From NCBI GenBank assembly GCA_041644975.1, contig JBAZQX010000005.1, positions 13,068 through 77,067 on the forward strand: 64,000 nt of DNA. The letters are read 5' to 3'. Below, one piece after another: positions 47,323 through 58,400 of the stretch. Numbering within the stretch: position 1 is the first letter of the stretch; every line of letters starts with the position of its first letter. The notes beneath the pieces were generated by a model, which saw only the letters and a list, made by a program, of their open reading frames with translations, had not been told where the DNA came from and made no database searches. Source of the DNA: Candidatus Doudnabacteria bacterium (GTDB taxonomy: Bacteria > Patescibacteriota > JAQUNI01). A program made the translations under genes and the position numbers.

Positions 47323-47748
47323 TTAAAAAGCGTCCTTTATGGATTTGAAAATTTTGTCTTGCTCTTTGAACATTTTGATTTTATCCTCTTTTACTCTATC
47401 ATTATACCCTAAAATATGCAGAAGCCCATGAATAAAAAGAATGGATAGTTCCTGCTTTAAAGAATGTCCCATCTCCTTTGCCTGTAAGCGCGCTTGTTCT
47501 ACGGAAATAAAAATTTCAGCAATTTGATTACCATCGGGCTTCCCCAAATTAAAAGATAAAACATCCGTAGACCTCGCCTCGCGACGATATTCCCGGTTGA
47601 GCCGGCGGATTCTGGCATTGTCCACTAAGACCAAGCTAATTTCAAAATTCCTTAAGGCGGTTTGGAGATGAACTAATCTTTTAACAATACTGTGAAAGAA
47701 ATTTTTTTTTACCTTAGAGCGGGTAAGGTTTCTAAAATCAAAAATCAT
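47323..47748 (-). CDS. ybeY: rRNA maturation endoribonuclease YbeY
   Basis: HGLLHILGYND zinc motif. Confidence 0.85.
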   Translation of the reverse strand: MIFDFRNLTRSKVKKNFFHSIVKRLVHLQTALRNFEISLVLVDNARIRRLNREYRREARSTDVLSFNLGKPDGNQIAEIFISVEQARLQAKEMGHSLKQELSILFIHGLLHILGYNDRVKEDKIKMFKEQDKIFKSIKDAF

Positions 47749-47840
47749 TAAGATGTCTTTATCCCCACGCTAACTTTCTGATGGATATAAAATATATCCG
47801 GCAGGATCAATAATGCCTCTCTAAAAGAAGCAAACATTTA

Positions 47841-49025
47841 TTACTCTCCCACTTTTACCTTATAAAGATGATCCTCTGCGCCATCCGCTAAATCTTCCGG
47901 GTCGTTATCCCCTTCAATGGCAACCGTAAATTCATAACTTCGCAGGGACAATTTTTGATACTGATAACTATATCTTGATGCCAAGGGGTCCTCCGGAACC
48001 TTAATAACGTAATCAGGGGAAAGGTCGGTTAAATTATCGGGGAAAAACCCATTGTCATCATAATATAACTCCAAGGCCACTTCTAAAGCTTCCAAATCAT
48101 TTTTGCGAATTTTATCCCTCTCCGCGGGAGTCGTTGTCGCTCCTTGTTGCTGCTCTTCAGGCGTAGGTTCTAATTTTGCTTGTCGCCCACGGGCAGGGTC
48201 ATAACCTTTCTCCACTTCCGTCCCATCATTATAAGAATCGCCGTCCGTGTCCGATAGGAAAGGATTGGTTGTGTAATAATACTCCTGGCTATTATCTAAA
48301 CCGTCTCCATCCGGATCTTGATGAGCATCCCCGGGATCCAAAGGATTTAAATTATTTTGTTTTTCCCAACCATCCGGTAACCCGTCTTGATCCGAGTCTG
48401 CCTCTTTCAAATTAGTGCCTAAAGCTTCTTCCTCTTGATCGGTTAATCCATCACTATCGGAATCCTGATTGGGGGAAGGTGGCGGAGTGACGGGCAGATC
48501 AGGTTGTTCCAAGGGGACAGTCTCCTCTCCCTCTGATGTATCGGGATTCTCTGGAAGCACTGGCGTAATAGCGGGAGAAGTATCCGGCTCTGCGGAAGGA
48601 TTTTGAAACCAATTAAAATATACAAAAACACCTCCCGCGCCCAACACTAAAATAATCAAAATAATAGCAAGCTTCTTAGAAAAAACTTGTCTTTTCTGAG
48701 GCGCTGCCGCCACTGGTGATAGGGTAGAGGCGACAGGGCTTAATTCTGAAGGATTCCGCGCACCTCCTGTCCCGCGATACTCCGAGGGCATTACTTTACT
48801 CTCCTGCTCTGAAGAGGCAAAAAAATCCTTCCTTCCTGCCACGCCAGAGGATCCCTCTTCTGGAGAAAAAATCTCCCCTAACCCTTCCCGAGGCTCACTA
48901 AAAATGGGATTGCTGTTTTCCCCTCTCACTTCGGCAAGAGGGTTAGCTCCATTATTATTTACTTGGAAGGGAGGAGTGTTGTTGTCTTCTGGAAGAGGCA
49001 GATTATTGGGTGGTGGTGCGGGCAT
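47841..49025 (-). CDS. membrane-anchored Pro-rich protein with thrombospondin-type-3-like calcium-binding repeats
   Basis: TM LAIILIILVLGAGGVFVYF. Four D-x-D-x-DG-x-x-D repeats (DSDGDGLTDQEE, DSDQDGLPDGWE, DPDGDGLDNSQE, DTDGDSYNDGTE). Confidence 0.55.
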   Translation of the reverse strand: MPAPPPNNLPLPEDNNTPPFQVNNNGANPLAEVRGENSNPIFSEPREGLGEIFSPEEGSSGVAGRKDFFASSEQESKVMPSEYRGTGGARNPSELSPVASTLSPVAAAPQKRQVFSKKLAIILIILVLGAGGVFVYFNWFQNPSAEPDTSPAITPVLPENPDTSEGEETVPLEQPDLPVTPPPSPNQDSDSDGLTDQEEEALGTNLKEADSDQDGLPDGWEKQNNLNPLDPGDAHQDPDGDGLDNSQEYYYTTNPFLSDTDGDSYNDGTEVEKGYDPARGRQAKLEPTPEEQQQGATTTPAERDKIRKNDLEALEVALELYYDDNGFFPDNLTDLSPDYVIKVPEDPLASRYSYQYQKLSLRSYEFTVAIEGDNDPEDLADGAEDHLYKVKVGE

Positions 49026-49207
49026 AATAAGAATACAAAATGTAGAATGTAAAAATGATGCTTTATGTCATCCTTAAGCGGAACTTAAGTGAAACAAAGG
49101 ATCCCGTTTTTAGCTAACCCGACCGATGGATTCTTCGCTTCGCTCAAGAACAACGTTTCGCGTCAATTTTAATCTTTCATTTTGCGTTTGATATTTGTTT
49201 TTTGGAT

Positions 49208-49666
49208 TTATTCTTTATTTGCGCTTAATAAATCTCCGACTATCTTGCTTGCGAGCGCTCCATCCGCCCTGCCTTCTAAACGCGGCATCAAGGTACCCAT
49301 TACCTTTCCCGTATCGCGCGGAGAAGCGGCTTTAAGCTCTTTAATCACGCCCGCCGCGATCTTTTCTATTTCTTCCCGCGTCATCGACAGCGGCAAATAA
49401 CTTTCAATTAACTCAATCGCTCTCTGCTCCTCTTCTTCTTTCTCCATCCGCCCTGCTTTATGCCACTCCTCTTGCGACTCTTTGCGTTGCTTTAACTCTC
49501 TGCGCAACACTCCCAAGACATCATCTTCGGAAAGGCTCTCGCGCCTCTTTTTTATCTCTTCATTTTTTAAAGCGGATCTCAAAATACTTAACACAGAGGT
49601 CATCTCCCGATCTCTCTTCTTTAAAGCTTGTTTAAAATTAGAATCAATTTTTTCTAAAACAACCAT
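49208..49666 (-). CDS. GatB/YqeY domain protein
   Basis: Typical YqeY pattern; sits downstream of rpsU. Confidence 0.8.
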   Translation of the reverse strand: MVVLEKIDSNFKQALKKRDREMTSVLSILRSALKNEEIKKRRESLSEDDVLGVLRRELKQRKESQEEWHKAGRMEKEEEEQRAIELIESYLPLSMTREEIEKIAAGVIKELKAASPRDTGKVMGTLMPRLEGRADGALASKIVGDLLSANKE

Positions 49667-49675
49667 AAAGATTAC

Positions 49676-49918
49676 TTATCTTTGATACATATTCCGATCA
49701 AAGGTGGGAAGCTTGCCGATCTTTCTTAAATATTCCTTTTCTTTAACGATCTGCGCCCTCCGTTTCGCGCTTTCCCTGATTTGCTGCTTGCTTTTGGGAG
49801 GGTCAAAAAATCGTGCTTTCCTCGCCTCTACTAAAATACCGCTCTGCTGCACTTTGCGATTAAATCTGCGCAAAAGGCTCGCCAGAGACTCGGATTCTTT
49901 CTTTGTAACTTCAACCAC
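49676..49918 (-). CDS. rpsU: 30S ribosomal protein S21
   Basis: LRRFNRKVQQSGILVEARKARFF...KRRAQ. Basic, about 80 aa. Confidence 0.8.
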   Translation of the reverse strand: MVEVTKKESESLASLLRRFNRKVQQSGILVEARKARFFDPPKSKQQIRESAKRRAQIVKEKEYLRKIGKLPTFDRNMYQR

Positions 49919-50002
49919 AATATATTCACCTCCTTGGTGAGATTAAAAAATTAGATTCACAGTGAATTCGGTCATAATCATAGCACAAAAGAAATATACT
50001 CG

Positions 50003-50338
50003 TCAAACTTCGGACACTTTCTCTTCCGCCTTCCAGCCACCTAACAAATGGAGATGCAAATGAGAAACCCGCTGGAGCTGACCTCCATTAAAAATAAGTT
50101 TGTAACCATCGCTAATTCCTTGATCCCGCGCCAACTCCTTCGCCTTCCAAACTAACTTCCCGATTAAAGCAATATCCCCCTCTCCCAAAGCCTGGAGCGA
50201 TTCTAGGTGTTTCTTAGGCACAAACAAGATATGCACCGGCGCTTTAGGATTAATATCGGAAAAGGCGACCATATCTTGATCCTGGAACATAATCTCCGCT
50301 TTTTGTTTACCCACGGCGATATCGCAAAAAATGCACAT
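50003..50338 (-). CDS. HIT (histidine triad) family hydrolase
   Basis: N-terminal CIFC; HLHLHLLGG triad. Confidence 0.85.
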   Translation of the reverse strand: MCIFCDIAVGKQKAEIMFQDQDMVAFSDINPKAPVHILFVPKKHLESLQALGEGDIALIGKLVWKAKELARDQGISDGYKLIFNGGQLQRVSHLHLHLLGGWKAEEKVSEV

Positions 50339-50482
50339 GGAAATAATTTTAAATTCTAAATTTTCAATTTTAATTCAATTTTAAAATCCTAATTTTAAAT
50401 TTTAAAACCAAGGGAAAGAAGAAAGGGTTTTAAAATTAAAAAATTTAAAATTTGGATTTGATTTAAAATTTAGAATTTAAAA

Positions 50483-51835
50483 TTATTTCTTCCTCATCTT
50501 CGCCAGCCTCTTCTTTACCTCGCTGACGATTTTATCTCTGTTAATAAGTTCCTGCACTCCCGTTTCCATATCGCGTAAAAGAATTGTTTTCTCTAAAGCT
50601 TCTTTCTGACCTAGAATTAAAGTGACTTTAACACCCAGCCGGTCCGCTACTTTGAGTTGAGACTTAAGGCTCCCTCGCGAAAAGGATTCCGAAACAATAA
50701 TGCCGTTTTGGCGAAACTCTTCAAAGAGCACCAAAGCTTTCCTTTTGGCAAGTTCCCCGAGTTGCGCCAGAAAGACGTAGATTTTACGCGAGCGAGGAGG
50801 CTCAATTTTACTTTCCATAAGTTGCATGATAATTCGTTCCATACCGCAGGAGAAACCCACAGCCGGCGTTAATTCGCCTCCTAAATCTTCCACCAAATTA
50901 TCATAACGTCCGCCGCCGCCCAAAGCGATTTGTTTTCCTTCTTCCTGCCCCTCTGCCTTCCCGGGCCAAATTTCAAAAACCGTCTTGGTATAATAATCCA
51001 AGCCTCTTACTAATTTAGAAGTCAAACTGTAGACAATCTCTAATTCATCAAGCTGTTCTAAAACTTCTTTTAGGTGGTCATGGCATTCCTCGCACAGAGA
51101 ATCAATCAAAGCCGGGGCATTATTAGCTAGCCTCTGACATTTTTCCTCTTTACAATCTAAAAGCCGCAAGGGATTGGTTTTGAGCCGTCTCTTACAATGG
51201 GCGCAAAGTCGGGAGGTTTGCCCCTGATAATAACTTAACAAAGTCTCTTTATATGCTGGCCGGCAGGCCACGCAACCTACACTGTTGATTTTAATATTGA
51301 AACTGGACAATCCCAAAGCTTTTAAGATATTACTGGCGACTAAAATCATTTGAGCATCCGAGGTAGGCGAAGCTGACCCTAAAATCTCAAAACCAAATTG
51401 ATGGAACTCCCTAAAACGTCCTTTCTGGGGCTGGTCATACCGAAACATAGGACCAAAATAATAAAGCTTCAACGGTTGAGGCTTATTCACAAGTCCATTT
51501 TCAATGTAGGCGCGGGCGATCCCCGCCGTGTTTTCCGGCCGCAGAGAAATACTGTCTCCTCCCTTATCCTTGAAAGTGAACATCTCCTTCTCCACAATAT
51601 CCGTTCCGCTTCCCACTCCCCGCACAAAAATATTTGTGTCTTCAATAATTGGCGTGTCAATACGGCTAAAACCATATTCAAATGCTATCTTTCTCACCGT
51701 GTCCCGCATAAAATCCCAATAAGGCTGATCATCAGGTAAGATATCTTTTGTTCCTTTAACCGCCCGAAATAAAACTCTGCGACGCAAAGGGAGGGGTTCA
51801 TCTTCGCTCAAATTTTGTTTCTTAAATCGTGGCAT
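50483..51835 (-). CDS. hisS: histidine--tRNA ligase
   Basis: Class II aaRS motifs and a HisRS anticodon-binding C-terminus. Confidence 0.9.
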   Translation of the reverse strand: MPRFKKQNLSEDEPLPLRRRVLFRAVKGTKDILPDDQPYWDFMRDTVRKIAFEYGFSRIDTPIIEDTNIFVRGVGSGTDIVEKEMFTFKDKGGDSISLRPENTAGIARAYIENGLVNKPQPLKLYYFGPMFRYDQPQKGRFREFHQFGFEILGSASPTSDAQMILVASNILKALGLSSFNIKINSVGCVACRPAYKETLLSYYQGQTSRLCAHCKRRLKTNPLRLLDCKEEKCQRLANNAPALIDSLCEECHDHLKEVLEQLDELEIVYSLTSKLVRGLDYYTKTVFEIWPGKAEGQEEGKQIALGGGGRYDNLVEDLGGELTPAVGFSCGMERIIMQLMESKIEPPRSRKIYVFLAQLGELAKRKALVLFEEFRQNGIIVSESFSRGSLKSQLKVADRLGVKVTLILGQKEALEKTILLRDMETGVQELINRDKIVSEVKKRLAKMRKK

Positions 51836-51920
51836 AGATTAAATTTCAAATTTTTAAATCTTCAATAACAAATTTGATTTAATATTTATTTAAAGTTTGA
51901 AAATTAATTCATTGAAAACT

Positions 51921-52514
51921 TTATTCCAAGTCTTGCGCAAATATAGGGACATCAAATTTCGTCATCCTGTTGAAAGGCCAGGCTCTAATCCACGCGCGGC
52001 CGATGATATTTTTGGCAGGAACAGCGCCAAAAATACGCGAATCGGAACTCCCGGGCCGGTTATCCCCTAAAACAAAATACTCATCATTCCCTAAAACTAT
52101 ATTCACCTCGCCGGGAGTGGAACGAAGAGAATAAAGATATTTTTTCTCATCCAAAACAAAACCCTGGGGATAACGCCAGTTGAAAATCATTACTCTGCCA
52201 CCTGAAACCACCACCCTCTCCTCGGGTAGTCCGACGATTCTTTTGATGTAATATTGGGAGGGATCGTGGGGATAACGAAAGACCGCCACTTCCCCGCGAC
52301 GGGGCTTGCCTAAATTATAGCTGATTTCATCAATGATTAAATATTCACCGTCTTCAAAATTCGGCTCCATTGAAGCTCCCTTCACGAAAAATGGCTGAAT
52401 CAAAAAATAGCGGATAGGAATCACAATCGCCAAAGAGACCACTACCACTTTCACTATTTCCCAAACAAAACGACCCATCTTTTCCAAAATATTTGTTTCT
52501 TGGCTGTTATTCAT
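51921..52514 (-). CDS. lepB: signal peptidase I
   Basis: GASMEPNF (Ser box) and VLGDNRPGSSDSRIFG. Start placed at MNNSQE. Confidence 0.8.
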   Translation of the reverse strand: MNNSQETNILEKMGRFVWEIVKVVVVSLAIVIPIRYFLIQPFFVKGASMEPNFEDGEYLIIDEISYNLGKPRRGEVAVFRYPHDPSQYYIKRIVGLPEERVVVSGGRVMIFNWRYPQGFVLDEKKYLYSLRSTPGEVNIVLGNDEYFVLGDNRPGSSDSRIFGAVPAKNIIGRAWIRAWPFNRMTKFDVPIFAQDLE

Positions 52515-52757
52515 AAACTTGGATGAATAATATATGTGGATTATAACACAACACCAACCCTTCAGGCAATAATTGACTTTCGCTATCCACATCTTGTATA
52601 ATTGAAACATCGCAATATAGCGGTTTTATTATATATGTATAATTATTACTCAAAAGACCGGGAGAAAGAACAAAACATTCTCTCTCAAGGCCATCTGCCA
52701 AGCTCTGTGGATAACGATCTCACCCCCTCGTCAGAAGTACCCCCCTATCATAGGGAA

Positions 52758-54161
52758 ATGCCGGAAACAAAGAGGAGGTCTTTTAAATATTGGGGTAAAA
52801 AAACAGCTTTAATTTTTGGAATATTGCTGGTGATTGGGGGAATCTTTTTTGCTTATAAAATTTTTTCCGCCGGAGACAAAGTATTTTTAGGAAAAAAAGA
52901 TCACTCCCTTATTACCCAAATTAAAAAGTTAATTTTACCGGAAAAGAACACGCCGGAAATAGAAACAAAGGAGAGAATTAACATCCTCTTAATCGGCATC
53001 CGCGGCACGGAGCAAAATAAAGATCAAGGAGGAGGTATCTATCTTGCCGACACCATCATTGTTTTAAGTATAAAACCAACAACGAAAGAGGTGGCGATGC
53101 TGTCCATTCCTCGCGATCTCTGGGTCAATCTTGATAACTACGGAGAGGCTAAAATCAACGCCGCTTACGCTTACGGTTTACGCGATGATCCAAAAGAAGG
53201 GGGAGCGCGTCTTCTTACGAGCGCCGTGGAAAAAGTCACGGGCCTTCCTTTGGATTATTATGTGATCATTGATTTTGCCGGCTTTGAAAAAGCGCTTGAT
53301 ATTATGGGCGGCATTGATGTTAATGTGGAACAAAATTTTACTGATTACTTTTACCCCGCCTGGAATTACGAATACCAGACAATTTCTTTTTCCGCCGGAC
53401 CGCAACATATGAACGGAGATAGGGCGCTTAAATTCGTCCGCAGTCGTCATGGGGGAAATGGTGAAGGCTCGGACTTTGCCCGAGCGCGCCGCCAGCAAAA
53501 AGTATTGGTGGCGGCAAAAGATAAAATCTTTTCCTTAAGCACGATTTTAAATCCTCTTAAAATCACAGGCCTGATTGACTCTATGGGCAATCATATATTG
53601 ACGAATTTGGAACTTTCGGAAGCGCGCGAACTCATTCAGATCACTCGGAAAGTAAATCCCGATCAAATCGCGAATCGCGTCTTAGAGAATGGCAACGGGG
53701 GGTTGCTTGTTGCTACTACCAGTAAAGGAGGCGCCTCTATTTTAGTGCCCGCTGCGGGCGATTTCTCCGAAATCCAAAAGCTTGCCCAAAATATTTTTAG
53801 TCCCGAACCAGGCGACAGCGAAAGCGAAGCAGTAAAACCGAAACAGAAAATAGAGGAAAAAACTAAAGTGCAGGTCAGAAACGGCACCACTACTGAAGGC
53901 CTCGCGGGCAAAGCGGCGGTGGAATTGCAAGAAGAAGGCTATGAAATTGTGGGTATTTTTAACGCGGACTCCCAAGACTATGACAAAACCGTCATTTTTG
54001 ATTACACGGAAGGCAAACAAGAAAAAGCATTGGAGAAGTTAAGAACAAAATTTGACGCCAATGTCGCCGCCGGCCGCAGTTTTTTCCTAGAGCAATCACC
54101 CGACGGCCGCGGGGCTGACGCGGATTTCGTCATCGTTTTAGGGAAAGACCAAAAACTATAG
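52758..54161 (+). CDS. LytR-CpsA-Psr (LCP) family protein with C-terminal LytR_C domain
   Basis: TM then LLIGIRGTEQN...ADTIIVLSI...LSIPRDLWV. Start placed at MPETKRR. Confidence 0.75.
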   Translation: MPETKRRSFKYWGKKTALIFGILLVIGGIFFAYKIFSAGDKVFLGKKDHSLITQIKKLILPEKNTPEIETKERINILLIGIRGTEQNKDQGGGIYLADTIIVLSIKPTTKEVAMLSIPRDLWVNLDNYGEAKINAAYAYGLRDDPKEGGARLLTSAVEKVTGLPLDYYVIIDFAGFEKALDIMGGIDVNVEQNFTDYFYPAWNYEYQTISFSAGPQHMNGDRALKFVRSRHGGNGEGSDFARARRQQKVLVAAKDKIFSLSTILNPLKITGLIDSMGNHILTNLELSEARELIQITRKVNPDQIANRVLENGNGGLLVATTSKGGASILVPAAGDFSEIQKLAQNIFSPEPGDSESEAVKPKQKIEEKTKVQVRNGTTTEGLAGKAAVELQEEGYEIVGIFNADSQDYDKTVIFDYTEGKQEKALEKLRTKFDANVAAGRSFFLEQSPDGRGADADFVIVLGKDQKL

Positions 54162-54258
54162 AATAGGGAGGCATGAATCATGAATAAGGAATAAGGAGAG
54201 TAAAATAATTGCAAAATTCCTAATTCATGATTCCTAATTCACGATTCATCAAGAATTT

Positions 54259-54780
54259 ATGCTCCTCATCATCGGCCTAGGCAATCCCGGTAAACAATAT
54301 CAAAGAACGCGACACAATGTCGGTTTTTTTGTGGTAGAAAAATTGCGCGAGAATTTAAAGCTTCCGGAATTTAATTTGGAAAAAAAATTTAAAGCAGAAA
54401 TTACTAAAGGAAAAAATTTAATTTTGGCTAAACCCCAGACATTTATGAACAACTCCGGCGAGGCTGTTTCCCTCCTTTATAATTTTTATAAAACAGATCC
54501 CCCACATCTCTTAGTCGCGCATGACGACCTTGATATTCTCCTCGGCGAATACCGCATTCAGCAAAATAAAAGTTCCGCCGGACACAAAGGCGTGCAATCC
54601 ATTATTGAGGCTCTCGGCACGCAGGATTTTAACCGCTTAAGAATCGGGATTAAAACCGAAATGCTGGAAAAAATTCCCGCCGAGGACTTTGTCTTGCAAA
54701 AATTTTCACCAGAAGAAAAAGAAATCATTTTTAAGACAATAAAAAAAGCCTTGGCAGAAATCTTGCCAAAGCTATTGTGA
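54259..54780 (+). CDS. pth: peptidyl-tRNA hydrolase
   Basis: IIGLGNPG...RHNVGF. Confidence 0.9.
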   Translation: MLLIIGLGNPGKQYQRTRHNVGFFVVEKLRENLKLPEFNLEKKFKAEITKGKNLILAKPQTFMNNSGEAVSLLYNFYKTDPPHLLVAHDDLDILLGEYRIQQNKSSAGHKGVQSIIEALGTQDFNRLRIGIKTEMLEKIPAEDFVLQKFSPEEKEIIFKTIKKALAEILPKLL

Positions 54781-54971
54781 TGTTTTAATGCTTACTGTGG
54801 CTCCAGCATTCTCTAGTTGCCTTTTCCAATTTTGTACTTGATTCTTATCTTCAGTGGAATCAATAAAGGCGGAAAGACTTTTCAGCTTTGTCTCTCGCCG
54901 TGACTCGCGTCACACTGGCAATATTCCAGATGACCTCTGCCACAGATTCAATATTATCACTATCGGCAATG

Positions 54972-55124
54972 TCAGACTGAGTATGTAATCTTTGTCTGTT
55001 TAGAAACAGAAACATTTGTTTCTCTTTTCTGCGATATCCTCTGGATAATCTTTGGTTTCTTGCCTAAAGTACCGTTTGCCCCTTGGTATCTATTCTTTTT
55101 CTTCCTTCTGGCATTATTGGACAT
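54972..55124 (-). CDS. possible 50-aa basic small protein (MSNNARRKKKNRYQGANGTLGKK...) with strong SD
   Basis: GAAGGAGGTG 5 nt upstream of the ATG. Lies in an otherwise unannotated 660-bp region. Confidence 0.25.
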   Translation of the reverse strand: MSNNARRKKKNRYQGANGTLGKKPKIIQRISQKRETNVSVSKQTKITYSV

Positions 55125-55443
55125 TGTGCACCTCCTTCAAAAGAACAATCGATGATTTAACGCTTTTATTTTACACCATTTCAAATTCAAAATACACCGC
55201 ATCTTTCTTCTCCCTTATCCCACTTGCAAGTCTAGAGCCGCAAAAACCATAAAGGTTTTGGACCTTAAGTTAACAGCTACTTGTAGAAGACCTAAGGAGG
55301 GATTGGCTCCTACTTTCGCCACTTGCAAATGGGGTAGCAGAGAAGAATATTGCTTCATTAATAAATTTCTGCTTCCGTTAAATAATGAAACAATGGAACA
55401 ATGAAAAAGGTGAGACATTAAAATTTAGCATAAGGTATTACCT

Positions 55444-58400
55444 TTGTCAACGAGAAAAATGACAAAAATTGAATATTGGACTGGCGTGCCGCAAACGGCT
55501 AAACCTTATGTCATCGCCACCTCCCCCCTTACGCGAAAAGGGGCTGTTTTGCTATGCACTAAAAATCCGAAAACTTGGCTTACCCAAATCCAATTTTGGC
55601 AAAAAAATCTAAATGCGGTAGAGGCAGGTTTAAAACCTGTCTCCGCAATCCTGGAATCAAACGCTGATGTTTTAATAAAAAATTATCCAGTCTTCTCCCG
55701 CCTCAAGGATAAAGAACCGATGTTGGTTTTAGCGCAAACGGAAATCCTCGCTCAAAAATTTCCCTCGCCAAAAGAATTAGAATCCAAAAGCTTGCGGCTG
55801 ACAGCAGGACAGACTCTCAACTTGCCCAAACTGATCGGTTTTCTTTTATCCGCCCATTACCAAAAAGAAAGAGCTGCTCATTCTCCAGGCGCCTTTGCCA
55901 AGCGCGGAGGGATTATTGATATTTTTCCTCTTTTGAAAGACCATCTCATTCGCTTAGAATTATTTGGCAATAAACTGGAAAGCATAAAGATTATCAATAA
56001 CAATAAAATAATTGAACAACCGAACAATGTTACCATCCCGCCTTTAAAAGTCGCGAATCCAACGGGTACTATTTTAGACTGGCTGCCATCTCTTGTTACC
56101 ATCATTCTGGACGAACCCGAACCCGAATCAAAAGAAAGGCTGAAAAAATTTCCTTTGATTGTTTTTGAAGCCTTCCCTTGCGCAGGGCCCGAAAATGTAG
56201 TCCGATTCAGCTTTCAAAATCCTCCCCTAGCCTTGGGTAATCTTCAAACATTAAACAACACTCTCCAACAATTCAGAAAAAAAAAGTATCAAATCTTTAT
56301 CGCCAGCAAGAAATTGCCTGCTATAGAGACAGGTTTTGAACCTGTCTCCGCAATGATAACCCCTTTCTCACTTTCCGCCGGTTTCCAAAATCAAAAAGCA
56401 AAAATTATTGTCTTCACGGATACGGAAATCTTCGGTTTCCGCAAGCAAAAGCGCCGCGAACGTCGTTTTCAAATGGACGCTGAACCTCTGAACGCCCTCA
56501 CGCCCGGAATGTATATCGTGCATATTGACCACGGTATCGGCAGGTTTGCTGGAATGGTTCAAAAAGAGATTGACCACCTCGTAAGAGAATATTTTTGCTT
56601 AGAATACGCTTATAGCGATAAGCTTTTTCTGCCTATTGATCAGGCGGATAAAATCACGCGCTATATTGGGCGGGAAAATCCCGTCATCCACCGCTTGCAT
56701 GGCGGCATTTGGTACCAAATCAAAAAACAAGTTCAGGTTGACGCTAAAAAAATAGCCGCGGAACTTTTAAAAATTCAAGCATCACGCCAAACTGAAAAAG
56801 GGTTTATTTTTACGCCTGACACTCCCCGCCAAAGCACGCTGGAAGCGTCCTTCCCCTACTCCGAGACGCAAGACCAGGAGAAAGCAATTTGCGAGGTAAA
56901 GGCTGATATGGAAAGCGCTCGCCCGATGGACCGTTTAATCTGCGGCGATGTGGGTTTCGGCAAAACCGAAGTCGCCATCCGCGCCGCCTTTAAGGCGTGT
57001 GAAAATAAAAAGCAGGTCGCGCTCCTCGCGCCCACCACCATCCTCGCCCAGCAACACTTTGATACTTTTAAAGAAAGATTGCAATCATTGAATGTGAGGA
57101 TTGGTCTCCTGTCGCGCTTCCAATCCAAAAAGCGCCAAAAACAAACCTTAAAAGATTTAAAACGAGGAAAAATAGACATTGTTATCGGCACCCATCGTCT
57201 CCTCTCTCGCGATGTTTATTTTTTTAATCTAGGTTTGATTATTATTGATGAGGAACAACGTTTTGGCGTGCGCCATAAGGAAAAATTAAAATCGTTGCGA
57301 CCTAACCTTGATATTCTCACCCTTTCCGCGACGCCTATCCCGCGCACCCTGAACTTTACTCTTTCTGGCCTCCGCGATATAAGCAGTATTCAAACCGCGC
57401 CCGCCGGCCGCAAAGCAATCAAGACCTATGTGCATATTGCCGAAAACAAACTCATCCGGAAAGCGATTCGCCGAGAGCTTGAAAGAGAAGGACAAGTGTA
57501 TTATCTTTATAATAAAGTGGAGACGATTCTGCCTTTCGCGAAAAAAATCCAAAAACTTGTTCCCGAAGCCAAAATCGACGTCGCCCACGGTCAGATGAAT
57601 GAACGCGATTTAACCCGCGTAATGCGCCAATTTGATGAAGGAAAAATCCAAATTCTGATCGCCACCACCATTATTGAAAACGGGTTGGACCTCCCGAACG
57701 TGAATACGCTCATTGTGGATAATGCGCCGCAATTCGGCCTCTCCCAGCTCTATCAAATCCGCGGCCGCATTGGCCGAGGAATACGCCAAGCTTACGCCTA
57801 TTTTTTCTATCACCAAGAAAAGCTTCCAGCAGCCGCGAGCAAAAGATTAGAGGCGCTCCTTTCCATGCAGGAACTCGGCTCGGGATTTAACATCGCGATG
57901 CGCGATCTGGAAATCCGAGGATCGGGCAATATCTTGGGTCGTGAACAATCAGGAGATGTCAATTCTATTGGATTATATTTGTACACCAAGCTTCTCGCCC
58001 AAGCAATTCAAGAATTCAAAACCGGCAAGGTTCCTGAACCAATTTTGGAAGTCTCTATTGATCTTCCTCTTCCGGCGCGTTTACCTCAACCTTTCATTCC
58101 CGCCGAGAAAAAACGGCTTTCCCTTTACCACCAACTAAGCGGCATTAATACTTTTGCCGATCTTCGCTGTATCAAACATAAAATTGAAAAAACGTATGGT
58201 CCCTTACCAAAGGAAGTTAGAAACCTCTTCAAGATTCTGAAAATAAAAATTCTCGCCCGTGCCGCAAGAATAAAAGCTATTGATACAATCAAGGTTTGGG
58301 GAATTGATGGCAAGTCCAGACAACGAATAATCTTAGACTTTGCAGAAAAAATGGATTGGGATAAAGTAGACGAACTTTTAAAACATAATCCACATTGGAT

